Notes: generated from the letters alone by a model not told the origin. Shown: positions 43,477 through 53,450, numbered from the stretch's first letter. The stretch is DNA of 64,000 nucleotides from Planctomycetota bacterium (GCA_038231435.1 JBBRLJ010000006.1:32001-96000); one strand, 5' to 3'. Numbers and translations are program-made.

Positions 43477-44685
43477 TCAGCCGCGCATGGCGGCTTCGAG
43501 CCCAGCGACGTCCTTGGGGATCGCGCGCGTCATGTCCTCGCAGCCATCCGCGGTGATCAGCAGATCGTCCTCGATGCGGATGCCGAAGCCTTCGTCGGGA
43601 AGATAGACGCCCGGTTCGTTCGAGATGATCATCCCCGCCGCGAACGGCTTGGTGTAGTCGGCCGGATCATGGACATCGAGCCCGATGTGGTGGCTCAGGC
43701 CGTGATGGCGGGTGAAGCCGGCATCGATGATCGGCTTCCAGGCGATGGCGTTCAGCTCATCGCGGGTGATCCCGGGCTTGGCGTGCTTGCGGCCCAGAGC
43801 GTTGCAGCGCAGCACCAGTTCGTAGACCTCCTTGAAGCGCTTGTCGTCGAATCGGCCGTGCTGCGGCACGGTGCGCGTGACGTCCGCGCAGTAGCCGCCG
43901 GCGGTGGCGCCGGAGTCGATCAGCAGCGGAGCGCGCTTCACCAAGGGCTGGTCGTTATGCGGATAGTGCAGCGTCGCTCCGTGCACCGCTGATCCGACGA
44001 TCGGCGGGAAGGCGAGGGGGCCGTAAGCAGACTTGCGGTATTCGGCGACCAACTCGCTCGCGACCTCGGACTCGAGCTTCAGCTTGGGGATGCGCGGCAG
44101 CACGCGTGCGAGACCCTTGCGCGTGATCTCGATCGCGTGGCGGTGCCAGGCGATCTCGTCGGCATCCTTGTACATGCGCTGATGCACCAGCGTCGGCTCG
44201 GCGTTCAGCAGGGTCACCCCCTTGAGTTTCTTCTTCCAGTCGGCGAAGGCGCTCGCCTGGAAGCCCGGCTCGCGGTCGCGGGTGCACATCGCCAGGCGAT
44301 GACCCGCGCGCTTGGCGGCGGCGGCGACGCGCGCCTCGAGATCCTTGATCGAGGCCACCGCGTGCACGCCGTGCGCGCGCTTCGCGCGCTGATCGGGCCC
44401 CAGGCGCGGCCCGTCCCAGATCACCCTCGCCGGATCTCCCGGATCGAGGAACAGCGTGTCGCGCGTCGACGAGTCCGGATCGATCAGCAATGCGGCCTCG
44501 GGCTCGGCGCAGCCGCTATAGTAATCGAACCACGGGTCCTGGCGCTCGCGGCGCAGGTGGTGCTCGTCGCAGCCGATGAACAGGATCGGCACCCGCCGCT
44601 CGAAGGCGCGCTGCACCAGCTGCGCGGCGCGCGCGCGCCGGGCGCGGTAGGTGGCGATGGGCATGGCGAGGCCGCGGATGGTCAT
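43477..44685 (-). CDS. pepP: Xaa-Pro aminopeptidase (M24B)
   Basis: RQDPWFDYYSG, LHY, LIDSG, ADVTRT, HHIGLDVHD, NEPGVY, GIRIEDD. Confidence 0.93.
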   Translation of the reverse strand: MTIRGLAMPIATYRARRARAAQLVQRAFERRVPILFIGCDEHHLRRERQDPWFDYYSGCAEPEAALLIDPDSSTRDTLFLDPGDPARVIWDGPRLGPDQRAKRAHGVHAVASIKDLEARVAAAAKRAGHRLAMCTRDREPGFQASAFADWKKKLKGVTLLNAEPTLVHQRMYKDADEIAWHRHAIEITRKGLARVLPRIPKLKLESEVASELVAEYRKSAYGPLAFPPIVGSAVHGATLHYPHNDQPLVKRAPLLIDSGATAGGYCADVTRTVPQHGRFDDKRFKEVYELVLRCNALGRKHAKPGITRDELNAIAWKPIIDAGFTRHHGLSHHIGLDVHDPADYTKPFAAGMIISNEPGVYLPDEGFGIRIEDDLLITADGCEDMTRAIPKDVAGLEAAMRG

Positions 44686-44906
44686 GGTATCCACTATCCT
44701 ACGCCGGGCTCCGGCACAATCGCTCTCATCCACAACCGCGGGGTGCATGGTGCAGCGAGGAGACACCCGCACGGCGCCACCGTGCCTGCTCACCGCGCCA
44801 AGACTCGTGCGGTTGACGCCTGTCTCCGCACGCCGCACCCCGCTCCTGCCATCGCACGTCCTATCGCACGTATTGTGATCGCGGGGACCGACGCGAGGAT
44901 GCGAGC

Positions 44907-45734
44907 ATGTCGATGCGCAGCCTGCTCCTCGAACTCGCCAAGATCGGCGGGAAGATCGCCCGCGAGCATTTCGCCACGGTCGCCGAGAAGGACGTGCGGG
45001 TGAAGGGCCAGCACGACTACGTCAGCCATGTCGACCGCCTGGTCGAGGACACCATCATCCGCCGCATCCGCGCGCGCTATCCAGACCACCTGATTCTCGG
45101 CGAAGAGACCTCGGGCGCGCAGCCGCCGCCGGCCGATGATCCGCGCCCAATGTGGGTCATCGACCCGATCGATGGCACTACCAACTTCATCCACGGAATT
45201 CCCGCCTTCGCGATCTCCATCGCCTTCTGCGAGCGCGGCGAGCCGCAGGATGCGATCGTCTACGATCCGATGCGCGACGAGGCCTTCATCGGCGAGGCCA
45301 AGTCCGGGCTGTGGCTCAACGGCGAGCGCGCCAACACGTCGGGCTGCACCGACATCGCCAACGCGCTGCTCGCATCCGCCCTGCCCTTCCGCTTTCCCGA
45401 GGCGCTCGACGACTGCCTCAAGGTATTCGCCGGCATCCAGCGCCGGTGCGACGATCATCGCCGCGGTGGCTCGGCCGCGCTGGACATGGCCTATGTCGCG
45501 GTCGGGCGGCTCGACGGGTATTACGAGCTCGGCATCTACCCGTGGGATACCGCGGCCGGTGAGCTGCTGGTGCGGTGCGGCGGCGGTGCGGCGACCGATT
45601 ATCGCGGCGGGACGGGCCAGCTGATCGGCCGGCGCTCGATGGTCTGCGGCGCCACCGCCCAGTTGCAGCAGGCCCTGCTCGAGGAGATGAAGCCCCTGGC
45701 GCCTTGGCTCGATCGCGCGCCGTTCGCCCGATGA
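44907..45734 (+). CDS. suhB: Inositol monophosphatase family (SuhB)
   Basis: ILGEE, WVIDPIDGTTNF, GSAALDMAYVA.GR, PWDTAAG. Confidence 0.95.
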   Translation: MSMRSLLLELAKIGGKIAREHFATVAEKDVRVKGQHDYVSHVDRLVEDTIIRRIRARYPDHLILGEETSGAQPPPADDPRPMWVIDPIDGTTNFIHGIPAFAISIAFCERGEPQDAIVYDPMRDEAFIGEAKSGLWLNGERANTSGCTDIANALLASALPFRFPEALDDCLKVFAGIQRRCDDHRRGGSAALDMAYVAVGRLDGYYELGIYPWDTAAGELLVRCGGGAATDYRGGTGQLIGRRSMVCGATAQLQQALLEEMKPLAPWLDRAPFAR

Positions 45735-45791
45735 TCCCGCGCCCTCGGCCCGGCCGGGGCGCCGTGCCAGCCACAGGCGGAGGGCGCTGAC

Positions 45792-46490
45792 GTGCTGCTC
45801 GTGCATCCGACCGACATCGACGGCGCGCCTGCCGCGGCCTCTCCCCCGCGCCGCGCCTGGGCCACCTGGGCGGTCGCGGGACTCGCGGCCTCGGCCTTCG
45901 TCGTCGACCGCGTCGCCTGCTGGAGCCTCGAGCACGGAGGGCGTCTCATCGGCGAACGCGCCGGCCGCGCCATCACCTTGGCGGTCGCGTCCTCACGCTG
46001 TTACCGCGATGCCGATCGCTTCCAACCGTGGCAGCCGTGGACCAGCGCGCTGATCCATGATGGCTGGTGGCAGCTGCTCGCGGGCCTCGCGGCATTCCTG
46101 GTCGCCGGCCGCGCGGTCGAGCGCGAGCTCGGCGCGGCGGCGCTGGTCACCGCGATCCTCACCCTGGCGCCGATCAGCGGCACCGCGGCGATCCTGCTCG
46201 GCGGCGATCCCGGCATTGGCGGCGTCGCGGTCGGACTGCTGGCGCTGATGTTGTGCCGCCGGCCCCGGGCGCGGGTGCAATGGGGCGTGTCGTACTACGC
46301 GGTCACGGTGGTTGGCCACGTGCCGCTATTCAGTCTCGCGCTCACCGACGTCATCGCCGGCTTCCTCGCCCAGGACGCCGCTCGCTGCCTGATCCACCAC
46401 CAGGCGACTCCATGGGCCAGCTGGCTCGCCGCCGGGCTGGCCGGCGCCGCGCTCGGCTTCGGCTCGCGCCGCTACGGCCCACGCGCCTAG
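45792..46490 (+). CDS. Rhomboid-like membrane protein, apparently lacking the catalytic Ser/His
   Basis: WQPWTSALIHDGWWQL..GRAVERELG resembles rhomboid L1/TM2; the expected GxSG reads PGIGG and the expected AHxxG reads ASWLAAG. Confidence 0.6.
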   Translation: MLLVHPTDIDGAPAAASPPRRAWATWAVAGLAASAFVVDRVACWSLEHGGRLIGERAGRAITLAVASSRCYRDADRFQPWQPWTSALIHDGWWQLLAGLAAFLVAGRAVERELGAAALVTAILTLAPISGTAAILLGGDPGIGGVAVGLLALMLCRRPRARVQWGVSYYAVTVVGHVPLFSLALTDVIAGFLAQDAARCLIHHQATPWASWLAAGLAGAALGFGSRRYGPRA

Positions 46491-46627
46491 CCCCCCGGGC
46501 GCGTTTGAGGTGTGGAGCCCGCCGCACCGCGTATAACGCCCCCGCCCTCCAGCCGTATCTTCCGCTTTCCGCTGTCGCTCCGTCTTCTCCCGTTTCCTGT
46601 CTTCCCCATCCGAGACCCGACTTGCCC

Positions 46628-47932
46628 ATGAGCACCATCGATCTGCAGCCGGTCAAAGGCACCCGCGATTTCTATCCCGAGGACATGCGCGTCCGCAGCT
46701 GGCTGTTCGCGCACTGGCGCTCCGTCGCCAACGCCTTCGGCTACGAGGAATACGACGCCTGCGTGCTGGAGAGCGAGGAGCTGTACATCCGCAAGGCCGG
46801 CGACGAGATCACCGGGCAACTCTACGGCTTCGCCGACAAGAGCGACCGCCGCCTCGCCCTGCGCCCGGAGATGACGCCAAGCCTGGCGCGCATGGTCATG
46901 GCCAGGGGCTCAGCCCTGCCGCTGCCAGCACGGTGGTTCTCGATCCCGCAGTGCTTCCGCTACGAGAACATGCAGCGCGGCCGCAAGCGCGAGCACTTCC
47001 AGTGGAACATGGATGTCATCGGGCTGCCGTCGGTCGCCGCCGAGGCCGAGCTGATGGCCGCGCAGTGCGCGTTCCTGCGCGCCTGCGGATTGCGACTGGA
47101 GGGCGACAAGCCCGACATCGTCATCCGCGTGTCCAACCGCCAGGTCATCCAGCATTTCCTCGAGGGCCTCGGCATCGTCGGCGACGCCTTCGCCAGCGTC
47201 TGCGTGGTCATCGACAAGCGCGACAAGATCGGCGCTGACGCCACCGCCGTCGAATTGGCGAAACTCGGGATCTCGGCGGAAGCCGCCAAGCGCATCCTCG
47301 CCCTGCTCGAGGTCACCGGCCTCGCTGCCGCCACCGAGCAGGTGGGCGCGGACAATCCCGGCATCGTGGCGCTCACCCAGCTCACCCAGCTCGCCGCCTC
47401 GTTCGGCTTTGGCGACGTCCTGCGCGTCGACCTCTCGGTGATCCGCGGGCTCTCCTATTACACCGGCACGGTGTGGGAGGTCTTCGACGCCTCGGGTTCG
47501 CTGCCGCGCGCCATCGCCGGCGGCGGCCGCTACGACAAGCTGATGGAGGTCTTCGGTGGCGCGCCCGTGCCGATGGTCGGCTTCGGTTTCGGCGACGTGG
47601 TCATCACCGAGATCCTGTCAGAGCGCGGACTGCTGCCCGCCCAGGCACTCGCGCGCACGCTCGACGACGTCGTCTATCCGATGAGCGCCCCTGAATTCGC
47701 CATCGCTAACCGCATCGCCGCGCATCTGCGCGCCCTGGGCCGCCGGGTGGCCGTGGACTATAGCGAGCGCCGATTCAAGCACGCCATCAAGCGCGCCGAG
47801 GACGACGGCGCCAAGCGCCTGATCATCCTCGGCAGCAACGAAATAACCGCGGGCGTGGCCATCGTCCGCACCCTGGGCGGCACCGAGCGCCAGGAGCAGA
47901 AGATTCCGCTCTCAGAGCTCGGCGCGGGATAA
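46628..47932 (+). CDS. hisS: Histidine--tRNA ligase
   Basis: KGTRDF, LRPEMTP, FRYE, GRKREHFQ, RGLSYYTG, GGGRYD. Confidence 0.98.
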   Translation: MSTIDLQPVKGTRDFYPEDMRVRSWLFAHWRSVANAFGYEEYDACVLESEELYIRKAGDEITGQLYGFADKSDRRLALRPEMTPSLARMVMARGSALPLPARWFSIPQCFRYENMQRGRKREHFQWNMDVIGLPSVAAEAELMAAQCAFLRACGLRLEGDKPDIVIRVSNRQVIQHFLEGLGIVGDAFASVCVVIDKRDKIGADATAVELAKLGISAEAAKRILALLEVTGLAAATEQVGADNPGIVALTQLTQLAASFGFGDVLRVDLSVIRGLSYYTGTVWEVFDASGSLPRAIAGGGRYDKLMEVFGGAPVPMVGFGFGDVVITEILSERGLLPAQALARTLDDVVYPMSAPEFAIANRIAAHLRALGRRVAVDYSERRFKHAIKRAEDDGAKRLIILGSNEITAGVAIVRTLGGTERQEQKIPLSELGAG

Positions 47933-47971
47933 CCATCACAGACGCGCGAACGCCAGCCCATCAAACCGGGG

Positions 47972-48127
47972 GCCCCATCGCTCCGCGATGGGGCGGGCGC
48001 AGAGGGGCGGTCGGCGGATAGAATGGGCGTAGCCCATCCGCCGATGAGTTAGCCTGCGCTCCGCCGGCTAACTCAAGCCCCGACCAAGCCCGTGGGGTAG
48101 GCCGCAGGCCGTAGGGGCGGAGCCCCT
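47972..48127. repeat. Intergenic array of five consecutive hairpins (REP/MITE-like)
   Basis: GCCCCATCGC-TCC-GCGATGGGGC; TCGGCGGAT..ATCCGCCGA; TGAGTTAGCC..GGCTAACTCA; GGCC-GCA-GGCC; AGGGGC-GGA-GCCCCT. Confidence 0.7.
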
Positions 48128-48130
48128 GAG

Positions 48131-49591
48131 CTAAGAGTCCGTCTTCTTCTCTTTCTCTTTCTCTTTCTCCTTCTCCTTGCCGTACAGGCTGCCGTCCAGA
48201 TGGCAGCCCTGCAGCAGGTGGGCGACGTTGCGGTCGAAGCCCTCGTCGACGAGCATCTCGTCGATCACCGCGGTCGGGTCCTTGCCCGGATCGTCGGCGG
48301 TGCGCTCCTCGAACGCGGTCGCTACCGCGAGGATGCGCGCCTCGGTATCCAGATCGTCGCCGCCGATCTTCAGCGGCCCGGAGCCGTCGACGCGCTCGTA
48401 CGCCAGGCGCACCAGGGGCAGCACCGGATCGAGATCGTCCACCGCCTCGAGCAGCTCGATGCCTTTGTAGGTGGCCTTCTTGGCGACATCGATCATGCGT
48501 GGGAAGCGGTGCAGCAGACCGGCCTGGCGCAGCCGCTCACGGCTCGAATGGCTCAGGTGCATGGCCTCGGCCAGCGCCGAGCAGGTACGCGCACAGCGCT
48601 CGCCGCTGCCGGGATGGTCGCTGCGGGTCTCGAGCGCGCGGATCATGGTGACCATCAGCTGCCACATGGTGCCGCGATGGCGGCGGCGCTCCTCCATGCC
48701 GTGGTGCGCGAGCCCGATCTGGATCGCGCAGGCCGAGATCAGCTCGAGATCGAATTGATCGAAGGCAGGGGCGTTGGTGCCGCGGCTGAGATAGAGCACG
48801 CCGCGGGTATGCCCGCCCACCGCGAGCGGAACACAGATCACCGAGCGGATGCCCTTGGCCACCACGCTGTCGTTGCGGTCGAAGCGCTCGTCCTCTTGCG
48901 CGTTGGCGCTGTGCAGCGCCTTGTTCTCGGAGAACGTCTTCTTGATGATCGATCGGCTGATCACCGGGCGCACGTGCGGCGCCGAGGTGCGCACCGCGCC
49001 TGGCACCAGCTTGCCGCTGGCCGGATCGCGGCGGAAGATCAGCGCGCACTCCGCGGGCATGGTCTGCACCAGGCAGTCCAGCACGCGCGCCTCCTTGTCG
49101 GAGCCTTCGTTCGGGTCCGAGATCAGCCGGCCGACCTGGTAGAGGATGCGCAGGCCTTTGACGTTCTGCGCCGGCGCCTCGTGCTCGAACGGCTCGGAGA
49201 TATCCGACAGCTCGTCGACGCGGAACTCGAGGGTGTTAGAAAGCACGTCGGGGTCGTCGTTGTAGGCGATGCGGTTCGAGCTGTCGTCGTCGGCAAGCGC
49301 GGCGCCGCTCTCGAACACCATCTCGGTGGTGCCGATCTTGATGATGTCGCCGACGCGCAGCAGCTCTTCGTCGGCGAGGCGCTCATCGTTGACGAAGGTG
49401 CCGTTCTTCGAGTCCAGGTCGCGCACGAAGTACATGCCGCCGACCGGGAAGATCTCGCAGTGGAAGCGCGAGGCGCTGCGGTCGAGGATCTGGATCCCTG
49501 CCTCGGCGTCGCGGCCGATGGTCAGCGGTTTCTCGGTGACGGTCTTCTCGCGCCCGCGGTACGGGCCGTTCATGATGCGGATCTTGCTCAT
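48131..49591 (-). CDS. FHA-GAF-degenerate HD-GYP signalling protein
   Basis: FHA (IGR, SRFH, DLDSKNGT); GAF (ISRSII, IRSVICVPL, GVLYL); HD-GYP-like tail with altered motifs. Confidence 0.88.
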   Translation of the reverse strand: MSKIRIMNGPYRGREKTVTEKPLTIGRDAEAGIQILDRSASRFHCEIFPVGGMYFVRDLDSKNGTFVNDERLADEELLRVGDIIKIGTTEMVFESGAALADDDSSNRIAYNDDPDVLSNTLEFRVDELSDISEPFEHEAPAQNVKGLRILYQVGRLISDPNEGSDKEARVLDCLVQTMPAECALIFRRDPASGKLVPGAVRTSAPHVRPVISRSIIKKTFSENKALHSANAQEDERFDRNDSVVAKGIRSVICVPLAVGGHTRGVLYLSRGTNAPAFDQFDLELISACAIQIGLAHHGMEERRRHRGTMWQLMVTMIRALETRSDHPGSGERCARTCSALAEAMHLSHSSRERLRQAGLLHRFPRMIDVAKKATYKGIELLEAVDDLDPVLPLVRLAYERVDGSGPLKIGGDDLDTEARILAVATAFEERTADDPGKDPTAVIDEMLVDEGFDRNVAHLLQGCHLDGSLYGKEKEKEKEKEKKTDS

Positions 49592-49744
49592 GCCCTGACC
49601 AGCGGATCCATGGGAAGACGAACGTGGAAACGAGGTGATGCAGGCATCGGGCCGCAGACTACCAGCCTCGGCAGGCGGTACCATCGCTTGCAAACATCGG
49701 GCGAAAACCAGTGCAATCGTCGCGCCTCGGACCGAGCAGCCGGA

Positions 49745-50224
49745 TCAGGGCTGGCGTTCGATCGCACGGGCGTGGCGCGCCGCCTTGGCGGCGATGGCGG
49801 CCTTGCCATCGGCCTTCGCCATCAGCGCGAGCAGGTCCCAGGCTCCGGGTTCGCCCGGCGCGATCCGCGTCAGGCGCGTGGCCGCCGCCACCGCCGCGGG
49901 CAGGTCGTTGCGCAGGTAGGCGGTGGCTGCCTCGCGATGGACTCCGCGCACCGCTACCGCGTCGATCCGCGGTTGCCGCGCCAGCGCCCAGAGCCCCAGG
50001 TCGGCGGCGAGAGCGAGCGCAGCGTAGGCCAGGGCATCGCGCGCGATGCAGGCGGTGTCGAAACCCGGGACGCCGGCGAACCCCAGCGCGACCAGGCAGA
50101 GCGCGAGCAGGGCGGCGACCAGCAGGCCGAGTCCCACTGCGAGCTGGCCACGGGCCACCAGCGCCGCGCCCGGAAGCAGCGCGTTCGCCACGTAATTCAC
50201 CGCCGAGGGAGCCGCGCCAGCCAT
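49745..50224 (-). CDS. Hypothetical membrane protein with C-terminal TPR-like helix pair
   Basis: NALLPGA.L hydrophobic helices, then AYLRND..A..P..AW.LLA. Confidence 0.6.
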   Translation of the reverse strand: MAGAAPSAVNYVANALLPGAALVARGQLAVGLGLLVAALLALCLVALGFAGVPGFDTACIARDALAYAALALAADLGLWALARQPRIDAVAVRGVHREAATAYLRNDLPAAVAAATRLTRIAPGEPGAWDLLALMAKADGKAAIAAKAARHARAIERQP

Positions 50225-50359
50225 GCCCGCGACGCTATGCGCGCGATCGGGGCGCGCAATCGCAGCCGCGTGCTCTGCTCCAGAGGGAACCGCCTCACGG
50301 CGGTGGAGGGCCCTTCCACCAGGCCCTGGCCCGTGCCGCGCCCGGCCTACGCTGCGGCC

Positions 50360-51769
50360 GTGGCGAATCTCCCGGACCATCCCCACGCACCCCACGCGCC
50401 CCCTGTAGATGCGCATCGCGCTCCGCTGCCGGAGCGCATCCGCCCGAAGACCCTTGAGGAGGTGGTCGGGCAGCCGCACCTGATCGGTTCCGATGGAGTC
50501 CTGACGCGCCTGATTGCCACCGGCCATCTGCCGTCGATCGTCTTCTGGGGCCCGCCCGGCTGCGGCAAGACCACCATGGCGCGGCTGCTGGCCGAGCGGC
50601 TGTCGCTACGCTTCGCGCCCTTCAGCGCGGTGCTCGGCGGCGTGCCCGAGCTGCGCGCAGCCATCGATGAGGCCAAGGCCGCGCGCGCCTTCGGACAGGG
50701 AACCCTGCTGTTCGTCGACGAGCTGCACCGGTTCAACAAGGCTCAGCAGGACGCGCTCCTACCCCACGTCGAGGCGGGCGTGCTGACCATGATCGGCGCG
50801 ACCACCGAGAACCCGAGCTTCTCGGTCAACCGCGCGCTGCTGTCGCGCGTGCGCGTGTTTCCGCTGCATGGGCTCGACGCGCCAGCGCTCACCCAGCTGA
50901 TCGCGCGCGCCCAGGCGCATCCGGAAGGGCTGCCGGGCCTCGAGGTCGAGGACCAGGCGCGCGACCCCATCCTGCGCCTGTCCGCGGGCGATGGCCGCCG
51001 GCTGCTGCTGCTCTTGGACGAGGCCTGGGCGCTGTGCCGTCCGCGGCCGGTCACCGCAGACGCGATCGCGCGCGTGGCGTCAGCGCCATCGGCGAGCCAC
51101 GATCGCGCCGGCGAGAGCCACTACGACGTCGCCAGCGCGTTCATCAAGAGCATGCGCGCGAGCGACGTGCAGGCGGCGCTGTACTACCTCGCGCGCCAGC
51201 TGGATTCCGGCGAGGATCCGATGTTCGTGGCGCGGCGGGTGGTGATCTTCGCGTGCGAGGATGTCGGGCTGGCAGACCCCCAGGCGCTGGTGGTCGCCAA
51301 CGCGGCGATGCAGGCGACAGCGGGGATCGGCATGCCCGAGGCGGTCTATCCGCTGAGCGAGGCGGTCATCTACTGCGCGACGGCGCCGAAATCGAATTCG
51401 ACGAAGGGGTATTTCGCCGCCGCCGAGGCGGTGAAGCGCCGTCCGGGCGCGCAGGTGCCGATGTTCATCCGTAATGCGCCCACGCAGCTGATGCAGGATC
51501 TCGGCTACCATCAGGGCTACCAATACGACCACGACGCGCAGGACCATTTCGCCGGCAGCCAGTGCCTGCCCGACGAGCTGTTGGGCGAGGTCTTCTACAC
51601 GCCTGGTTCGTTCGGCCACGAGAAGGAGATCGCCAAGCGCCTCGACTGGTGGGAGGCGCGCAGGAAACCGCGGGAAGGTCCGTCGTCCGTAGTCCGTCGT
51701 CCGTCGTCGAAGCAGGCCGATCCGCCACATCCGGACGCTGGCGGAAGGCCGGAAGCGCCCGACTCTTGA
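50360..51769 (+). CDS. rarA: Replication-associated recombination protein RarA/MgsA
   Basis: PERIRP, WGPPGCGKTT, DELHRFNKAQQD, GATTENP, SAFIKSMR.SD, EDVGLADP, APKSN. Confidence 0.96.
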   Translation: MANLPDHPHAPHAPPVDAHRAPLPERIRPKTLEEVVGQPHLIGSDGVLTRLIATGHLPSIVFWGPPGCGKTTMARLLAERLSLRFAPFSAVLGGVPELRAAIDEAKAARAFGQGTLLFVDELHRFNKAQQDALLPHVEAGVLTMIGATTENPSFSVNRALLSRVRVFPLHGLDAPALTQLIARAQAHPEGLPGLEVEDQARDPILRLSAGDGRRLLLLLDEAWALCRPRPVTADAIARVASAPSASHDRAGESHYDVASAFIKSMRASDVQAALYYLARQLDSGEDPMFVARRVVIFACEDVGLADPQALVVANAAMQATAGIGMPEAVYPLSEAVIYCATAPKSNSTKGYFAAAEAVKRRPGAQVPMFIRNAPTQLMQDLGYHQGYQYDHDAQDHFAGSQCLPDELLGEVFYTPGSFGHEKEIAKRLDWWEARRKPREGPSSVVRRPSSKQADPPHPDAGGRPEAPDS

Positions 51770-51832
51770 GCCACAGCGTCATCGTCCAGTCGGCGACGGA
51801 CGACTGACGACGCGACGACGGACGGTCTGACC

Positions 51833-52786
51833 ATGCTCTCGGCGCTGCTCTCGCGACACTTCTGGATCACCGCCTACGCGATGCTCGCCGCAGGGCTGTG
51901 GCTGCCAGGTGACTATTCGGCCTGGCATGCCTGGGTGCCCATCTTCCTCGGCGGCATCCTCTACTTCACCTGCCTGAAGATCCGCTTCCAGGAGATCCGC
52001 GACAACCTGCGCCTGAACGTGCTGCTGCGCGTCGCGGCGCTGATGCCGATCCGCCTGTTCGCGCTGCCGCTGGTGTGCTACGCGGCGGCACGGGCGGTGG
52101 CGCCGGATTGGGCGACGGGCGTGCTGGTGCTCGCGGTGATGCCGGCGGGCTTCTCGTCGATCGCCTTCACCGATCTCTACGGCGGCAACCGCATGCTTGC
52201 GCTGCTGCTGGTGCTCGCCACCAGCGTGGTCTGTCCGCTGACCGTGCCGCTGCTGGTCGAGGGCCTGGGCGCGGGCGGGCACCTCGGCGGCGCTGCGCTG
52301 GCGCACCGCGTCGGCTACCTGCTCGCGGTGCTGATGACGCCCTTCGCGCTCGCGCAGGTAACGCGCGCGCTGGCCGGCGACTTCGTCGAGCGCCACCGTG
52401 AGCGCTGGTCGTACGGGGCGATCCTGAGCAGCTGCCTGATGATCTTCGTCAGCGTGTCCAGCAACCGCCATGCCTGGGAGGGCATCCCGCTCTCTGGGCT
52501 GGCCCTGCCGCTGGGCCTCGGCTGCATGGTCAGCGCCATCGGCTTCGCCGGCGGCATGCTGGTGCGGCTGTTCGTATCGCGCGCAGATGCGATCGCCTTC
52601 ACCTGCGGCGAGATCTGGATCAACAACGGTCTGGCGATCGCGTTCGCCAGCGAGTTCTTTCGCGGCGAGGCCAAGATGGTGCTGCCGGCGGTGCTGATGC
52701 AGGTGCCGATCGTGGCGACCATGGCGCTCTATGGCCAGTGGACGCGACGCATGCCGCGCGATGAGACTCCGACCGGCACGACGTAG
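51833..52786 (+). CDS. Bile acid:sodium symporter (BASS) family transporter
   Basis: About 9-10 TM; MPAGFSS..FT...GGN, CPLTVP, INNGLA. Confidence 0.85.
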   Translation: MLSALLSRHFWITAYAMLAAGLWLPGDYSAWHAWVPIFLGGILYFTCLKIRFQEIRDNLRLNVLLRVAALMPIRLFALPLVCYAAARAVAPDWATGVLVLAVMPAGFSSIAFTDLYGGNRMLALLLVLATSVVCPLTVPLLVEGLGAGGHLGGAALAHRVGYLLAVLMTPFALAQVTRALAGDFVERHRERWSYGAILSSCLMIFVSVSSNRHAWEGIPLSGLALPLGLGCMVSAIGFAGGMLVRLFVSRADAIAFTCGEIWINNGLAIAFASEFFRGEAKMVLPAVLMQVPIVATMALYGQWTRRMPRDETPTGTT

Positions 52787-52807
52787 TCCGACGCGGGCGG
52801 AACGGAA

Positions 52808-52833
52808 AGAGCCGGAGGATCTCCTCCGGCTCT
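52808..52833. terminator. Hairpin between convergent BASS gene and infC (probable terminator)
   Basis: AGAGCCGGAGG-ATCT-CCTCCGGCTCT, 11-bp perfect stem. Confidence 0.6.
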
Positions 52834-52886
52834 GCCGCGCATCATCATGATCACCCGGATCAATCCGGAGGATCCCGGAGGGCCGG

Positions 52887-53450
52887 CTAGACTTTCTTCT
52901 GCGTGGGAGACAGCAGCGCATTCATGCGCCTGCCTTCCATGCGCGGCTCCTGCTCCATCTTCGCGACATCGTCGAGCAAGGCCGTGAATTTCTTGATCAT
53001 CGCGATGCCGAGCTCCTTGTGGCTCATCTCGCGACCGCGGAACTGCAGCATGATCGCCACCTTGTGGCCCTCGTCGAGGAACTCGCGAGCGTGCTTGGCC
53101 TTGATCTCGAGATCGCCCTCGCCGGTGCCGGGGCGCAGGCGCACCTCCTTGGTGTCGACCTTGTGCGCCTTGGCCTTGGTCTGGCGCTCCTTCTTCTGCA
53201 GCTCGAACAGGAACTTGCCGTAGTCCATGATGCGGCACACCGGCGGCTTGGCCTCGGCGGCGACTTCGACCAGGTCGTATCCGGCGGCGACCGCGCGACC
53301 GCGCGCGTCCTCGACGGTGACGACGCCGACCTGCTCACCTTTTTCGTCGATCAGGCGCACCGAGGCGGCACGGATCTTGTCGTTGATGCGCGCCCGGTTG
53401 GCGTGCTCTGGAGGGGGAACGGGGATCCTGCTTCTGCGACGACCGAGCAA
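52887..53450 (-). CDS. infC: Translation initiation factor IF-3
   Basis: INDKIR..VRLID, DLVEV, PPVCRIMDYGKF, KEVRLRP, FRGRE; AGGAG 7 nt before TTG. Confidence 0.97.
   Translation of the reverse strand: MLGRRRSRIPVPPPEHANRARINDKIRAASVRLIDEKGEQVGVVTVEDARGRAVAAGYDLVEVAAEAKPPVCRIMDYGKFLFELQKKERQTKAKAHKVDTKEVRLRPGTGEGDLEIKAKHAREFLDEGHKVAIMLQFRGREMSHKELGIAMIKKFTALLDDVAKMEQEPRMEGRRMNALLSPTQKKV

Noticed and set aside
44685..44740. DnaA-box-like TCATCCACA and GTATCCACT between pepP and suhB
   Set aside because: Only two imperfect matches with no AT-rich unwinding tract; insufficient for an origin call.
48200..50359. Apparent 720-aa N-terminal extension of RarA (1189-aa ORF)
   Set aside because: Overlaps two minus-strand genes; RarA homology begins only near 50360-50430.
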